A stretch of 64,000 bases of DNA, from positions 4,526,001 through 4,590,000 of the forward strand of contig NC_043008.1 in the NCBI RefSeq assembly GCF_006345805.1, written 5' to 3'. The translations under genes were made by a program, and so were the position numbers. Each line of letters opens with the position of its first letter. Position 1 is the first letter of the stretch. Of the stretch, positions 24,629 to 38,734 are shown one piece after another. The notes beneath the pieces are model-generated. The model ran no database searches. It was not told the origin of the DNA and saw only the letters and a program-made list of their open reading frames with translations. The DNA is from Octopus sinensis. Lineage: Eukaryota.

Positions 24629-27478
24629 TGTGTGTGTGCTGACAGACAGGTAGATAGATAGATAACGTGTGTGTATACATATATTATACACACACACACA
24701 TGTATGCACATACATATTTATATCCACATATATACATATAGATATACATGCATACACACATATACACATATTCCTTCCTTCCCGTAGTCTGTGTGTCCCA
24801 TGCCTGTGAGTGTGCTCGGTTCTAAAATCTTACTCTGCCCTTCAACTATTTTTCAAGGGACTTAACTCATTTCAAGTATTTTAGAGTAATCTACCTTATC
24901 ACTTTTTTTTATAACCTTTATTCAAATATTTGTTTTAACACAAAATTTATTGCAATTGATTTAAAATTGATTATATAAATATAACAAGGAATTTCTTAGA
25001 TCAGAAATGTTTCGCTTGAAATATTGCTATTAGTTGTTTCGGGGGTCTTACTGATTAGAAACATAGTGTGCTAATAACTGATTGATTAACCTAATTTTGC
25101 TTTCAACAATCACTTTGAGAATATTTAATCTGTTGCTACTTTCAACCATTCAGCTGTATTTATGCTCTGGCAACCGCGATTGATGTTGTTTGCTACCTTT
25201 CCTTGTGTTATTGTTGATGCTGTTGAGCTCTGGTCGTAACTACTCCATCTTTTTATAAGACACTGGGTATCAAGGGCTGCATTATTCAATCAGCCCTTCT
25301 TTCCCTTCTTTTGTTAGTGACATGTGTTGTAACATACATTTCGCTGCTATTTCTAGCTGTTGAAGTAGGACATCCTTCATTGGATTCTTCTGTTTAATGT
25401 ATGTGTAATGAGACGAAGTGAAAGGCCTGGCTGGACCGTCAGCATGCCAGGCAAAAGGCTGAGCTGCATTTCATCCACCTTTAGTTTATCCTCTAATTTC
25501 AAATTCTTCCAAAGTCGACTTTGCTTTTGATCCTTTTCAATTCAATAAATTAAGTACCATTTGAGCACTGGGGTTCGATGTAATTGATTTGACCACTCTC
25601 TCAAAATTGCTGGTTTTGTGCCAAAATTTAAAAGCGGAGTCACCTTATATATGTCATTTCCTAAGAGTTCAGGCTATGATTTTAGAAACTTCTGTTGCTA
25701 TTTCCAGCAACCAGATCACACACAGAGATAAAGAGTCTACATAGAGATCTTTCTTAAAAATTTTCACTGACTTAATAAATTAATTCTTTTTTTAAAACAT
25801 TTCTTCTAGAAAATTTCTGAGAATATACTTGTTCTTTCTTATTTTAGTTAGTTTTGTTATTCTTCAAAACATCATCACCATCAAAATTATCCATTGAGTA
25901 TATTTTATCCACAGAACTTCACTTACACCTTCCATGCTGACATGGATTGGATCGCTTGACAGGATCCAATGGGACCAAGGACTGCATTATGCTCTCCGGT
26001 CTACTTTGACACTGCTTCTATGACTGATGCCCTTCTTAATGCCAACCACTTTACAGCATCTACTGGCTGCTTTTTTCATGTATCCAGCACTCGTGGTCAT
26101 GCTACCATGCAGCCTGCAAGACAATGAGTGCTTTATTTATATGAGTTTCATTCAAAAAGGATTTAATTTAACTTTTTTGACTTTGCATTTGCCTTTTACA
26201 GTTTTCATCCAATGGTGATGGGTAAATTTTTTGCATTCATACAAGAAAAATGTTTGTTTTTTAAAAGAATCATTCCTACCCATGAGGTACAAATTACATG
26301 TTTTAAATGTGTTTACAATAACTGGTAATGTTGGGTGTTTTAATTTGCATTTTAATCATTCATTGTTGAAACTGAATACCCAATTCAGATCAAGAGGTTC
26401 AGGTGTATCCTGTTCAGATGTTTTGCATTTTTTATGCTTTAAAAGCTGATACTAGCAGCAACTGCATAGCTTCAGATTGAGGCACAAAGTAAACCCCACA
26501 ATTTTGTTGTAATTTGCTTCTAAACTCAAGGACCACAAATTTTAACTTGTCCCAAGGAATATACACAAAACCATCCAATATAACAACAGAACATGGAAAT
26601 TCAAGCAATATGCTTCTACATGCAGAGCTCTGCCCACCCCCATTCTCACTGCCCCAACGGGCCTCACTCATACCCCATTCCCTAATCCTCATCAATTCTT
26701 TATCTCTGATATTATTCAACAAACATAATCACCTGAGAGCAGAATTGACACACCCTACATCCACTCCTCTTCATAACCTTCCTCTTTCCCTCACCACCAC
26801 CACCCCTGAACCACTTGCATTCCTCATCATCTTCCTCCAGCCATCATCTTCTCTCTTCCCTGCTCTCCCTTCATCCTCCATCACTCCTAATGCTCTCACA
26901 TCTCTAATACACTCCCTGCCTCTTGAGTCACTCCTAAATCTCCCATCTTCAATTACTACACTCACCTCTGTCCCTTCTAATCATCTCTCCTCACATTCTT
27001 ATCAGAATTTTCCCCTCTCTCCTTCCAGCCCACTCCCCCACTCCAATCTTGTCCATCATTCCACTTATATTCACTCTGCCCCCCCCCACTGTACTTTTAG
27101 AGTTTGTCCTGATATATATCTACCACCATCTCTCTCTTACTCTCTCCATCTCTCTCTCTCTCTCTTTCTCTCTCTCTTGTTCTTCAACTCGGTTATCTTT
27201 GTATCTCTTCTTCAGCGAAACACCCACCTCCACCCCTCCATTATTCTTTCAATGTTTCATCAACTGACACACAGCCAACCACCCCCCACCCCACCCCGCC
27301 AGTTGAAGGGACTTTATCTTGTCTGGCAAGTTACCTGCTGATCCTTCCAGTGCTGCTGCTGTGAAGAAATAGCACCCATTGCCACTCTGTAAAGTGGTTG
27401 GCTTCAGGAAGAGCATCCAGCCATAGAAACCATGCCAAAGCAGACAATGGAGCTTGCTGGGCTCATTTCAAACTCTCC

Positions 27479-27529
27479 ATCCCAGACCAGCTTGGCAAAC
27501 AGACATTAAACGATGATACGTATGTGTAT

Positions 27530-27571
<42 letters not shown>

Positions 27572-27578
27572 GTTTACG

Positions 27579-27609
<31 letters not shown>

Positions 27610-27658
27610 ATACACATACGTATCATCATTTAATGTCTGTTTGCCAAGCTGGTCTGGG

Positions 27659-27660
<2 letters not shown>
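27479..27660. repeat. Near-perfect palindrome with 82-bp arms formed from a SINE-B tail
   Basis: 27479-27560 is the reverse complement of 27579-27660 with one mismatch (aaacgatg vs aaatgatg). Confidence 0.92.
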
Positions 27661-27695
<35 letters not shown>

Positions 27696-27737
27696 TATAT
27701 ATATATATATATATGTATATTCATACATACATACATA

Positions 27738-27796
<59 letters not shown>

Positions 27797-27801
27797 CATA
27801 C

Positions 27802-27868
<67 letters not shown>

Positions 27869-27931
27869 ATGCATATATATATAGGTATGGTGATGTAAGC
27901 AGGAAAAATAGGACTCAAAATATGAATATAC

Positions 27932-28064
27932 GTGTGTGTTTATTAATATTTAGCAGAAGCAACAGAACAATTGAAAGGTGGAGAGTTTCGTGAAGTGGCA
28001 ACACACGAAACTCTCTGCCTTTGAGTCACTCTGTTACTTCTGCTAAATATTAATAAACACACAC
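27932..28064. repeat. 133-nt imperfect fold-back
   Basis: Perfect 28-bp outer arms, an imperfect middle, a perfect 12-bp inner stem GAGAGTTTCGTG/CACGAAACTCTC and an 11-nt loop. Confidence 0.9.
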
Positions 28065-28323
28065 ACACACACACAGACACACACATACACACAGACACAC
28101 ACACACACACACACATACACACAGACACACACACACACAGACACACAGACACACACACATACACATACACACACACACACACTCACATACACACATTACG
28201 CACACACACACACACATACACATACACACACACACATACACATACACACAAACACACACTCACATACACACATACACACACACACACAGACACACACACA
28301 CATACACACACACACACACATAA

Positions 28324-28350
<27 letters not shown>
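28055..28350. repeat. Compound (CA)n microsatellite
   Basis: Direct reading. Similar arrays lie at 15720-15810, 21870-22085, 24280-24410 and 63860-63920. Confidence 0.97.
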
Positions 28351-28355
<5 letters not shown>

Positions 28356-31030
28356 GAGAAAGATGAAGAAGAGAGATAAGTGTTACCCTCCTACCATGTT
28401 AGCTCTCTGCTCTTCTCTCCTATTCTCTTCGCTATTATTTCATTTAGCTACTCTGACATTTATTGTCTTGCTCAAACATCCATCTTGTCCGTTCCCAATT
28501 CCCAAATTGTTATTACATCATGCTTCATGATAAAACTATGTCTTGGGCCTATTTCATTCACATCATTTTTCACCATTTCCATGGCTGCCACCGCACTTTT
28601 TTTTCTTTTTTTTTTTTTGTTATTGAAACTAAATTTTAACTTATATTTTCTCTCCTTTTTCTTTTTTTTTTTCTCCTTCCACACCTTCCCTATCTCATCT
28701 CCTTCCCCATCACTTCTCCCTCTTTAACCATAAATTTATTTCAATATGTTTACCTATTATTACTTTAATTCTTTCTACAATAACAACAACATCACTTTGC
28801 TTCCATCTTCTTTTCCCTTTCTTGTCTTTCATAAAAAAGAAACATTCTTTTTATATTATAAATTATATTGAAAACTTGAATTTCTTTTTCGGGGTTTTTT
28901 TTTCTTTCAATATTTGTTCCCCACTTTCTGTTACATTTTATTAAAATATGTATTTTTTTTTATTTATCTTTTTTTTGAAGGGTGCTTGTTTACTTTTGAT
29001 TTTTTTTTGGATTTTGGGGGGTTTCTTTTTTTTGTTTGCTACGATATTCCTCAAAGAAATTTGTTTATTCAACCCGGAGAATAATCGGTTTTGATTAATA
29101 CCCAGGCTCATGTGCAAAAACACACATGCATGTAGTCCACATGTTCATACAATATTATACTGGGTGGTGCATTTTAAGAGTTAAATAACTTTTTTAATAA
29201 AAGGCTAAGAATGTTTTCCTTTTACTTATATATGTATGTATATATTTTTTTTTTTTTTGCCTTAGAAATACTGTTGAAATTTTTGTAGAATATAACATTC
29301 TGCAAATGCCTTCCATTTTCAGCTTCACTGAATTAAACAATTATTAGGCAGGGTTTCATGGCATGTTCTAATGTATCCAGCTTCGATGCCCTAATTTCTT
29401 GCCAATATCATTCTTTAGCTTCCACAGCATTTAAGGCCTGTTTACACAAGCTATTTCGTTAAGATAACCCTAAAAGAAAAAGTAACCAGGAGTGATTAAA
29501 TCTAAAATGGAAAGTGAATTTTGTACCACCATATATAAGTTGAATTATAAACAATAAAAAGAAGAAAAGAAGATAATTTTGGCAAAGTGGTTAAGGTCGT
29601 TCAGACCAGTCTTTGTAGTTTACTAGAGATAACTGAATAATGTTAAACTACAATTTGACTAAATATAAATCTAAATCATATATAAATAAATTCTTTTATT
29701 AATATGTTTTAATTCACACACACATCTCAAAAGTAAATAGACATCCCTCATTTACCATTTCATCTGTGCAGATTCTACCTGGTGCTTCAAACTTGTTTAT
29801 GTGTTATGCACTTGGTGTCTTCTGAAATGCTCTCTCAATATGAATACAGCATTATTATGGTGTTTTTTATAATTCATCCATGTCAAGTAGAATATAAAGA
29901 TTGTTGTTTGCTACTAATACTGCTTATGTCACTAATATCTAATTTTTACCCAGCCCACCAGCCACTTGCAACACCCATTCCTGGCCCTTCATGTCAATAA
30001 CCCTTACCTATTTTTCAAATAAATCGTTTCTTACTTCACACATCTTTTGACGATGCAAAGTCAGCAGGTAATTTGTCGACAGGAGAGAGGACAACTGCTA
30101 CAGCACTCATAGCGAGCAACTGTCACAAAGTGTACATGTAAGTATTGCACACTTACATACATGTACATACATACAAGTGTGTGTAAATACACACACAAAC
30201 ACAGATTCTACCAATCAAATTCCATTCACAAGACCAACTTGAAGTATAGTAGAAGACACGTAGCAAAGATGCTGAAACTTCAATATCCAAGAGTGTCGAT
30301 CAAAGATACTCTATATCAGGGGTGGGAAATTCTGATCTGCACTCAAATTCGAACTATCTTCGGATGAAGTCTCTAAAAATCTAAAGGTGGGAGATTATTT
30401 AAGCCTTTCTGTTATATTCTTGTAAATTTGTAACATTAAAGATTTGTAGATTTTCTCAGCACGGATTCTTCACCACAGATTCCTAGGTACCTGCAGTTCA
30501 TACTTGGTATCTAAAAGTTTCCCCATCCCACCTCTATGCAGTTGCTTGATGGGCTAGAAATACTTTAACAAATTCCCTTTAATCACATGCTACTGTCTTA
30601 ACCCTTTAGCAAGCTCAAACGTTGTACAGATCTGGCCTTCACAGGTACCCAACAAAAAATGAACAATCACATCATCAAAATCTTAAAGCTATGAGATAGA
30701 AAATGATTAATTGGAAACAATGGGAATGAATAAGCCTCAGATTTGACAAAGAAATCTGAATGCTGAAGGGTTTTTAAAAAATAATAAAATGAATAAAATG
30801 CGTAGATACACTAAGAATATCTAGGATGATCCCAGCTGAATTGCCTTTAACCATGGGTCTGCGAGACCATGACTGACTTGGGGTAAACCACAACAATTGT
30901 GTCTACTTCAGTAATAAGAAATTTGATTTAGAATCTTGTTTCACTGTTTCATATTATTGAGATGTAAAGCATTGAATATATCCTGTCTTTGATCGATATT
31001 AATCATACTTTCTTTTTGTTTTTGTTCCAG

Positions 31031-31155
31031 TCACAGGTGGAAGGTACCAGCGGTATTATACTCCACATTTTGGCAGTCGTGTAAATAACATCACATCATA
31101 CATTGGAGACACAGCAACACTTTATTGTTCTATAATAAATCTGGGCACAAAAACA
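31031..31155 (+). CDS. Coding exon, N-terminal half of an Ig domain of a Dpr/DIP/Zig-8-like IgSF protein: (x)TGGRYQRYYTPHFGSRVNNITSYIGDTATLYCSIINLGTKT
   Basis: Polypyrimidine tract plus ccAG acceptor at 31029-30, a phase-1 start, and an ACA|GTAAGT phase-0 donor at 31156. The translation shows the PxF...N.T...G.TA.L.C...NLG.KT pattern of Dpr-family Ig1 and joins in frame to the exon at 46166. It is not in the ORF track because it is under 60 aa. Confidence 0.9.
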
Positions 31156-31774
31156 GTAAGTTTTATCAAGATATTCTTTCTCACCTCCTGTTTAGAAATC
31201 ACTTCATAATACCTGGATCAGTGCATATGGATCTGCTAGCTCAATCTTCACCATACACCAGTTGTCCTACAGATGTACGCTCAAACTTCCCTTTGCTGTT
31301 TTTATTATCATTACTGCTTGGAGCTGGCTGGTCTTGAACCATCTCCACTCAGGCCTATGCAACTCACTTGCCTCTCTTCCAATCATCACAAATATTATGT
31401 CCAACACTCCAAGACCCATACTATTTTCCCCAGTTCCTTTCCCTTCTACATCAGTCCTCTGAAATTCTTTCTCAAGCTATGTTTTTCTTGCAATTGTTCT
31501 AGGGATTTCAGAAGGCCTGCAAAGGCCATAGGGACAGTTTCTTCCTCCAGATGAAAACAACAGAAAAAAAAAATAATAAAATAATTATAAGATTAACACA
31601 ATTTCTTTAGCTATTAATCTTATCTTTAGGGCACATTTTTCTTAGAAATATTTATACCTACATTATATTTCAATCAATTTGATTCCATATTCCTAGATAT
31701 TCCCATGATACCAGACTGCATTAATTAGCTCATGAGGAGGAGGAGAAGGAGGAGGAGGAGGAGGAGGCTCTACC

Positions 31775-31819
<45 letters not shown>

Positions 31820-32980
31820 CATCATCATCACTGATATCACTGATATTATTGTTTTTATGTGTAGTAGCAGCAGTGGCTGTAGCACCAGCAACAGTAGGGT
31901 GGGTGGGGTAGTGGTAAGGGTGGTAGTTGGGCCTCAGATACCTGTGCTATCATAATAGTAGTAGTTGTAGTGTTAATTTAGTGTTAGTAGTATTTAGTAT
32001 TAGCAGCTGCATCGTATTCGTATAATTTTTATTTTTATCATCACTACCATCACCACCATTGTTTTAGGGAGAAGATTGGTAGCAGTTTGGTGAATTGATC
32101 AAGGCCTATAAATAGATTCAGCAGATGGTGGGGAGGTCAACCATAGAGACAAAGGACTCTTCGCACCCTTTAGGTCAGCAGAGGTCAAGTGTGTTTACTA
32201 CTATCAGTGGATACTGGGTGCGCTGATTTGAAAAGAAGCAATTCAACCTGTCCTATTTGTAATTACTGGTAGAAAAAAAACAATAATAATAATATATATA
32301 TATTATATATATAATACATATATATATATATATATATAATATCCCCCCCACACACACACACACATATATTCTGATATTCATGTTGTTGCATTTTTAAATT
32401 TCTGAATTCAATTGTGTTGTTGCAATAAAAAGTGTGTTTACGTATTTGGCTAATATATTAAAGTTTTTAAGTTTTCTTGAGATGTTCGTCTGTCCAGTTA
32501 GAGAATACAGTAGGACTTTTGCAATAAAAAAGGATGTTTACATTTTCGAACACTCAAAGAAAGTCGAAAAGCAAAGAAAACAAGTTGTAGATAGTAAAGT
32601 TTAAAGAGTTACTAAATATGGTTTTTTGTGTGACCGCACAGAGAGAAATGGTAGTGTTCTTAGAATAAAAAGGAAGATGATGTTTACATTTTTGAATACT
32701 CAGGGAGAGAGGAAAGGATAAGTCATCACATATTAGTTGTAGATATTAAAGGGTTTTTTTGGGGGGTTTTTTAAAGCTGATCGTTTGTTTGTTCGAAAGC
32801 TGTAGGTATGTAAGTTTCCTAACTTATTTTATTTTGAGGCAGATTTAAAATATTCACAGGAAATTGTAGATATTCCAGTCTTTGGAAATAGTAGGAAAAG
32901 ACGGTTTCAACTCACAGAACAGAGTATTTTGTCTGGCATGCTAATGATTCTGCCAGCTCACTACTTTAATAATAATAATA

Positions 32981-33016
<36 letters not shown>

Positions 33017-33029
33017 TTATTATTATTAT

Positions 33030-33185
33030 TACTCTCGGAGTGGTTGACGTTAGGAAGGGCATCCAGCTGTAGAAACATTGTCAGATCAGATTGGAGCCTG
33101 GTGCAGCCACTGGCTCTCCAGACCTCAGTGAAACCGTCTGACCCATGCCAGCATGGAAAACGGACGTTAAACAATGATGATGATT
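33030..33185 (+). mobile_element. SINE type B 3' half
   Basis: ggagtggttgacgttaggaagggcatccagctgtagaaac...ggacgttaaacaatgatgatga. Confidence 0.8.
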
Positions 33186-33790
33186 ATTGTTGTTGTTGTT
33201 GTTCTTCACAGAATTAGTAGTGTCCCATTTCTGTGTTTTGTTACATTTTCAGTTCAAATCCAGTTGAGGTCAGCTTTTCCTTTCATCGTTCCAGAATTTA
33301 CAAAATAATACAGAGCCAAGCAGCCAATTTCTGCCGACCAACCTCCGACCACCTCCCATGACACTGACCTTACGACATTGTTAGAAATCAATATTACATG
33401 AAATATTTAAAATCATTTTACATTGAGAGCAACTGTAGGTGGCAGCACCATCAGCCCCCAGTAAAAAAGATTTTTTGATTTACTATTATTCAGTTATTGG
33501 AAAGCAGAATCAGTAAGATGTTGGATGAGATGTCTTGTAGTATTTAATTACAAACCTTTGCATTCTGACTTGAAATCCCACAACAGAGGGATTCAAAGTC
33601 AGGATGCAAAGGTTAGCTTTCTCTCTCGCCCTTTCAGTGTCAATAGGAAATAAATACTAATCAAATAATAAGCATATAGAATGATAGATAGATAGATAGA
33701 TAGATAGATATATACATATGCATATATATTACTGACTATTGTCTACCGACCACGTTTTCTGGCTTTGTGCCTACATTAGAAATCAGTGGT

Positions 33791-33842
<52 letters not shown>

Positions 33843-34464
33843 TGTTTTAGTTGCACAGGACAAATAGTGAATAATTACAAAAATGAATAGTTATGAATAA
33901 TTACACCAATCAAATAATAAGGAAGATGCCAACGTCAAGTGCTGACTACACAAGTTGTACAATGAGATAATTGACCACGTAATTTCCGCCTGCCAGTCCT
34001 TGCCAAGTCCCAGTGTATTTACACACACGAATGAGTCAGTGGCTGTATACACAGGACAATATACCAACATTTTGATGCGTAAATGGATAAGAAGTAAAGT
34101 GCAGCACATGAATATGACCCATTCACAATAATCCGGGACATGCCCATCTAGACTAGTGTGAAGATCAAAGCAAACTATCCAGATATGATTTCCAAGGATG
34201 GAAAGGAAAATGGTTCTACTCTAATAGACAGACATCTCAGTATCTTTTGATTAAAATATAGCTTGGAAGGAGCTGGAGAAACTGTCAAAATACAAAAATC
34301 CTAGAAGCAAAATAATCAGTGTGTAAGATAAGATTTTGAGTAACTGGTGCCTTACTGACAAAGTCAAGGCTAGCAGAATTTGAACTTAGAACATAAAGAC
34401 AAACGAAATGCCACTAAGCACTTTGTCTCTGGTGAGCTAACAATTCTGCCAGCTCACTGCAATA

Positions 34465-34496
<32 letters not shown>

Positions 34497-35569
34497 CACA
34501 ACAGTAATAAAAATTTCAGTTTCACTCTGATATTTTCATTTGTTCAAAAGTGAAGTCTTTGAAATTCAACATTTTCACCACATGAAAGAATAAATAGGTT
34601 CATCACATGAAAGTATATCTAAGTCCATGGAGTTATTATATCTTGATGAAATTATCTAAAAATAAAAAAAAATACTCTATGGAGAATAAAGAAATGGATA
34701 AAGTGAAATACTTTTTCTTTATCCTGGCATTTGATGCTACAGTTATTTCTAAGAAGCAGACTGTTCTGTCAATAAAGAACACCTTGTACCTATGCTAGAC
34801 ACAAGTCAATAAAGAACTCCAGACTTGAAGGTAAAGATCTGAAGATTTTTTTTTTCTTCTTAGTAATTAATTTCATATAGATTGCTTACAAGGTTCCACT
34901 GACTAACCTTTACTTCTTGCCAGAGAATTCCACTAATCAGTGGCTGAGCAAACGAGGTGGCGGGGAGGGAGGTCAGCTATATGTTTTTACGTTTTCATTA
35001 AGCCTGCTAGAAATAACAACCTAAACTCCTACAAACAACATGATAATGGAAAGATGAAGATAATGACAAGAATACACTGATTAATTAGTGGTTTCCTTCA
35101 TTATCAGATTAGCAGGAGCTCTTCACATGTTCATGCAATTTATTAGAACTAACAGCCAAATTTCATTACCCACAATCATCTTCAAAATACAAATAGTAAA
35201 TGAAAATCATTTTATCCAAGACTCATGCATTGAGTGATGTTGTATTAAACATATAATAATACCTGTAAAAGTGTGAAAGTTCTTGGATAGAGAAAGCCTG
35301 GCAGTCTTTTATTAACTTAAATACCTGGCGATGAGAAATTAATGTTAGAACCTGTGGTGTGTCTTTTAAAGATTTAACACATATATTTCTTTACTTATCT
35401 TGACCTTTAGAATTAGACACCTAAATATATTTGCAAATCTGGGTAATTCTATATAATGTGGCAAAACAGAATCCTGACACTTCCAACTAAGCCCCTCTCT
35501 CACTAATAAAAGGCATTGCTCTAAATTACAAGATTCTTGTCAACTCACGGAATAAAAACTTGTCTGAAT

Positions 35570-35900
35570 TTACTTTCATCTTTTAGTCGTTGAACTGCAG
35601 CCATGCTGCAGCACTGCCTTGAAGGGTTCTGACAATTTGCTCCCTGTACATATTTCTAAGTCCAGTACTTATTCTGTTAGTCTCTTTAGATGAACTGCTA
35701 AGTTACAGGGATGCAAACAAACCAACATCAGTTGTCAAGCAGTGGCAGGGGACAAATACAAGCACAAAGACACACACATACTCATGACAGGCTTCCACAT
35801 AGTTTCCATCGACCTGATTTACTCACATGGCATTGGTCAGCCTGGAGCTACAGCAGAAGACATTTTCCCAATGTGCCATGCAGTGGCACTGAGCCTGAAC
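35570..35900 (-). mobile_element. SINE type A, diverged
   Basis: Matches 5308-5695. Confidence 0.7.
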
Positions 35901-37064
35901 CTACTTCCATTATGTTTGTAACTACATCTTGCAAACTTAATGATTTTCCCAATAAATTTTTGCCCAAGGCCAGCTAATTTTCAAGGGAAGGCTAAGTTGA
36001 TTGCAGAATGCAACAAATACTTATTTTATCAACACCAAAAGGATAAAAGGCTAAGTTGACCTTGGCAGCATTTTGAACTCAAAATAATTATACTAATGAT
36101 AACAACATTAATAATATAATACCTTATGAAATGTTTTCATGTCAAACATGATATCAATTACTAGGGTTATTATACTGTTCAATAAATGAATTTCTTTTTC
36201 AACTATGCCATGTTAATTCCAAAATATCAATATTAGATTCCATTTATAGCTAAGAGGCAATTTTCAATTTCCCAGGGGTTTCATAAAATAATGGGCGATT
36301 ATATAAGCAGAATTCATTATGCCAGTCCAGTTATCTGATATCACAGAAAAATTGGCTTTGTTAAATATTGCCTTAAATCAGCTACTTTAACATTGTGATG
36401 CAGGAAGTTAAATCGGGTGGATATTGTAGCCAGTTATGGATTAATTTAATCTCCCTCGACTGCTGAATCAAAATGCTTAACCATTTTGCTACTCAACATA
36501 TTTATGGGTTTGAATACAGTAGAGTGACAGAATCAGTTGACTGTCTGATTAAATGTCTTTTAGACTTGACTTCTGTCGTCTTTCCTCATCTCAAAATTCA
36601 AATTCTACTTGGCATCAGCTTTGCTTTCGTCATCAGTAAAATATGTATTACAAGTCATTTAAGTGTGTAAATTTATGCTAATTTGTCATATCTATTCATA
36701 TTATATAAATATATATGTATGTATTTATATATAGGAGTCACTGTGTGGTAAAAGAAACATAAAACAATGTTTTATATATATATATATATATATATGTCTG
36801 TGTTTATGTATTTATTGGCTGATCTCATTCGGTTACTTGTACCACCTAACACATGTTCGTTACCAATTAATAAATAGATACAATGGAATGGTTCCTGGCT
36901 GATGTTTGTCGATTTTATATCCTTTTCATTTTCTTAGTTGTCTTAAAAAATCCTGGGTCAATTTCCAATTTAAGCATTTGGTTATAAATACATAGGTACA
37001 CATCCAGTTGTATAATTGGATATTTAATATCCCTCAGATGGTTTCTTAATCTCTAACTCATACA

Positions 37065-37131
<67 letters not shown>

Positions 37132-37249
37132 GTGTACAAAGGCACTCACTGTGTGACATCTTGGGCAAGTGTCTTCTATAATTCTGGGATGGAGTTTGTA
37201 GATGGAAGATGCTCAGTGTGTGCCTATATTTGTATGTATGCATATGTAC

Positions 37250-37625
37250 TCTTTTATTCTTTAACCTGTTTCAGTCATCTGATTGAGGCCATGCTGGAGC
37301 ACACTAAAGGATTTTAGTCAAAGAAATCGACCCCAGGACTTATTCTTTGTAATCCTGGTACTCATTTTATCAGTCTGGAAACGTAAACACACCAACATTG
37401 GTTGTCAAGCAATGGTGTGGGGACAAACACCCACACACACATAAATATATACGTATATACAACAGGCTTCTTTTAGTTTCTGTCTACCAAATCCACTCAC
37501 AAAGTTTTGTGTGGCCGAAGGTTATAGCAGAAGATACTTGCCCACGGTACCACAGTGTGGGACTGAACTCAGAACCATGCGACTGGGAAGCAAGCCTCTT
37601 ACCACACAGCCACGCCTTTGCCTGT
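37250..37625 (-). mobile_element. SINE type A, near full length
   Basis: Matches 5308-5695, including the head. Confidence 0.8.
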
Positions 37626-38438
37626 GCATAATGAATCCACATTTCTTGAAGTAGGGACTATCTTGTTGTTATTTTTCCAAACATCTTAAAATAATAACCA
37701 TTATGAAAATATATTTCCCAGAAACAGGTTGCCTTATGAACATTATTATCTTCATCTTGAAATTCCAGTGCATCCGAAAGGTGCAAAAGCAATTAAAAAA
37801 TGAGAAAAGCTCAATTTTTAAACTTGCATTGGCTTCGGTAATATATTTCTGTGCCTTGGGTCTTTAAAGAATGTTCAACTGGAATTAGTCTCCTCTTTAG
37901 AAAAGCCATTGTGCAAAGCCTGTTTATGTAACTGTTATAGTTAAGGAAGCAAGCTGTTAATAAAATCAAATGTACAAATTATTTTTTAAAATGGTTGTCA
38001 AATTACAAAATGAGAAAATAAACTTATAGGGAAATACTTGATAAGTGTAAATAAAAAATACAAGATAGAATTTCCAAACACAAAAAAAAATAAGTCTGAT
38101 GGGTTGGCGAATGTTGTACAGAGTGTTTTTGTGTGTTTACAAATTATACAACAGAAACACACACACACACACACATCAGAAAGGAAGTATGAAGATACAT
38201 GTAAAAGTATTTATATGTAGACATAACTTTAGAAGTTATCAAAAGTAGCCCACTTAAATGGTCTGACACAACAACTTAGATCATTTCAATGCTATTACTA
38301 CATCATATTTGATGATGTAAATATTTCAAGCTACATAAAAATTCATTCATAGAAATCTTTTATACATTTATATATATCTATGTGTTTGTATATGTGTGTA
38401 TGTATATATGAGCATATATATATATATATATATAATAT

Positions 38439-38513
<75 letters not shown>

Positions 38514-38535
38514 ATGCATATATATAGATGAGTAT

Positions 38536-38601
<66 letters not shown>

Positions 38602-38690
38602 ATGCCTATATATATAGATAGATAGATAGACAGATATACATTTATACATAAATGTATGTGTGTATAGGAATATGTGGCTATCTATCTATC

Positions 38691-38734
<44 letters not shown>

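Noticed and set aside
25155-25235. Short hydrophobic ORF MLWQPRLMLFATFPCVIVDAVELWS as a possible signal exon
   Set aside because: No credible phase-1 splice donor before the stop.
26514-27341. 275-aa S/L/P/T-rich ORF
   Set aside because: It arises from a C/T-rich strand-biased tract that lacks stops by composition. No domain or splice signals; possibly an old retroelement.
31897-31920. Potential G-quadruplex GGGTGGGTGGGG-N9-GGG
   Set aside because: Isolated motif within GTA/GTG low-complexity drift, with no supporting context.
32370-32740. Three degenerate copies of AATAAAAAG...TGTTTACATTTT
   Set aside because: Looks like an internal sub-repeat of an old interspersed element. No ribozyme core or ORF, and the family cannot be assigned.
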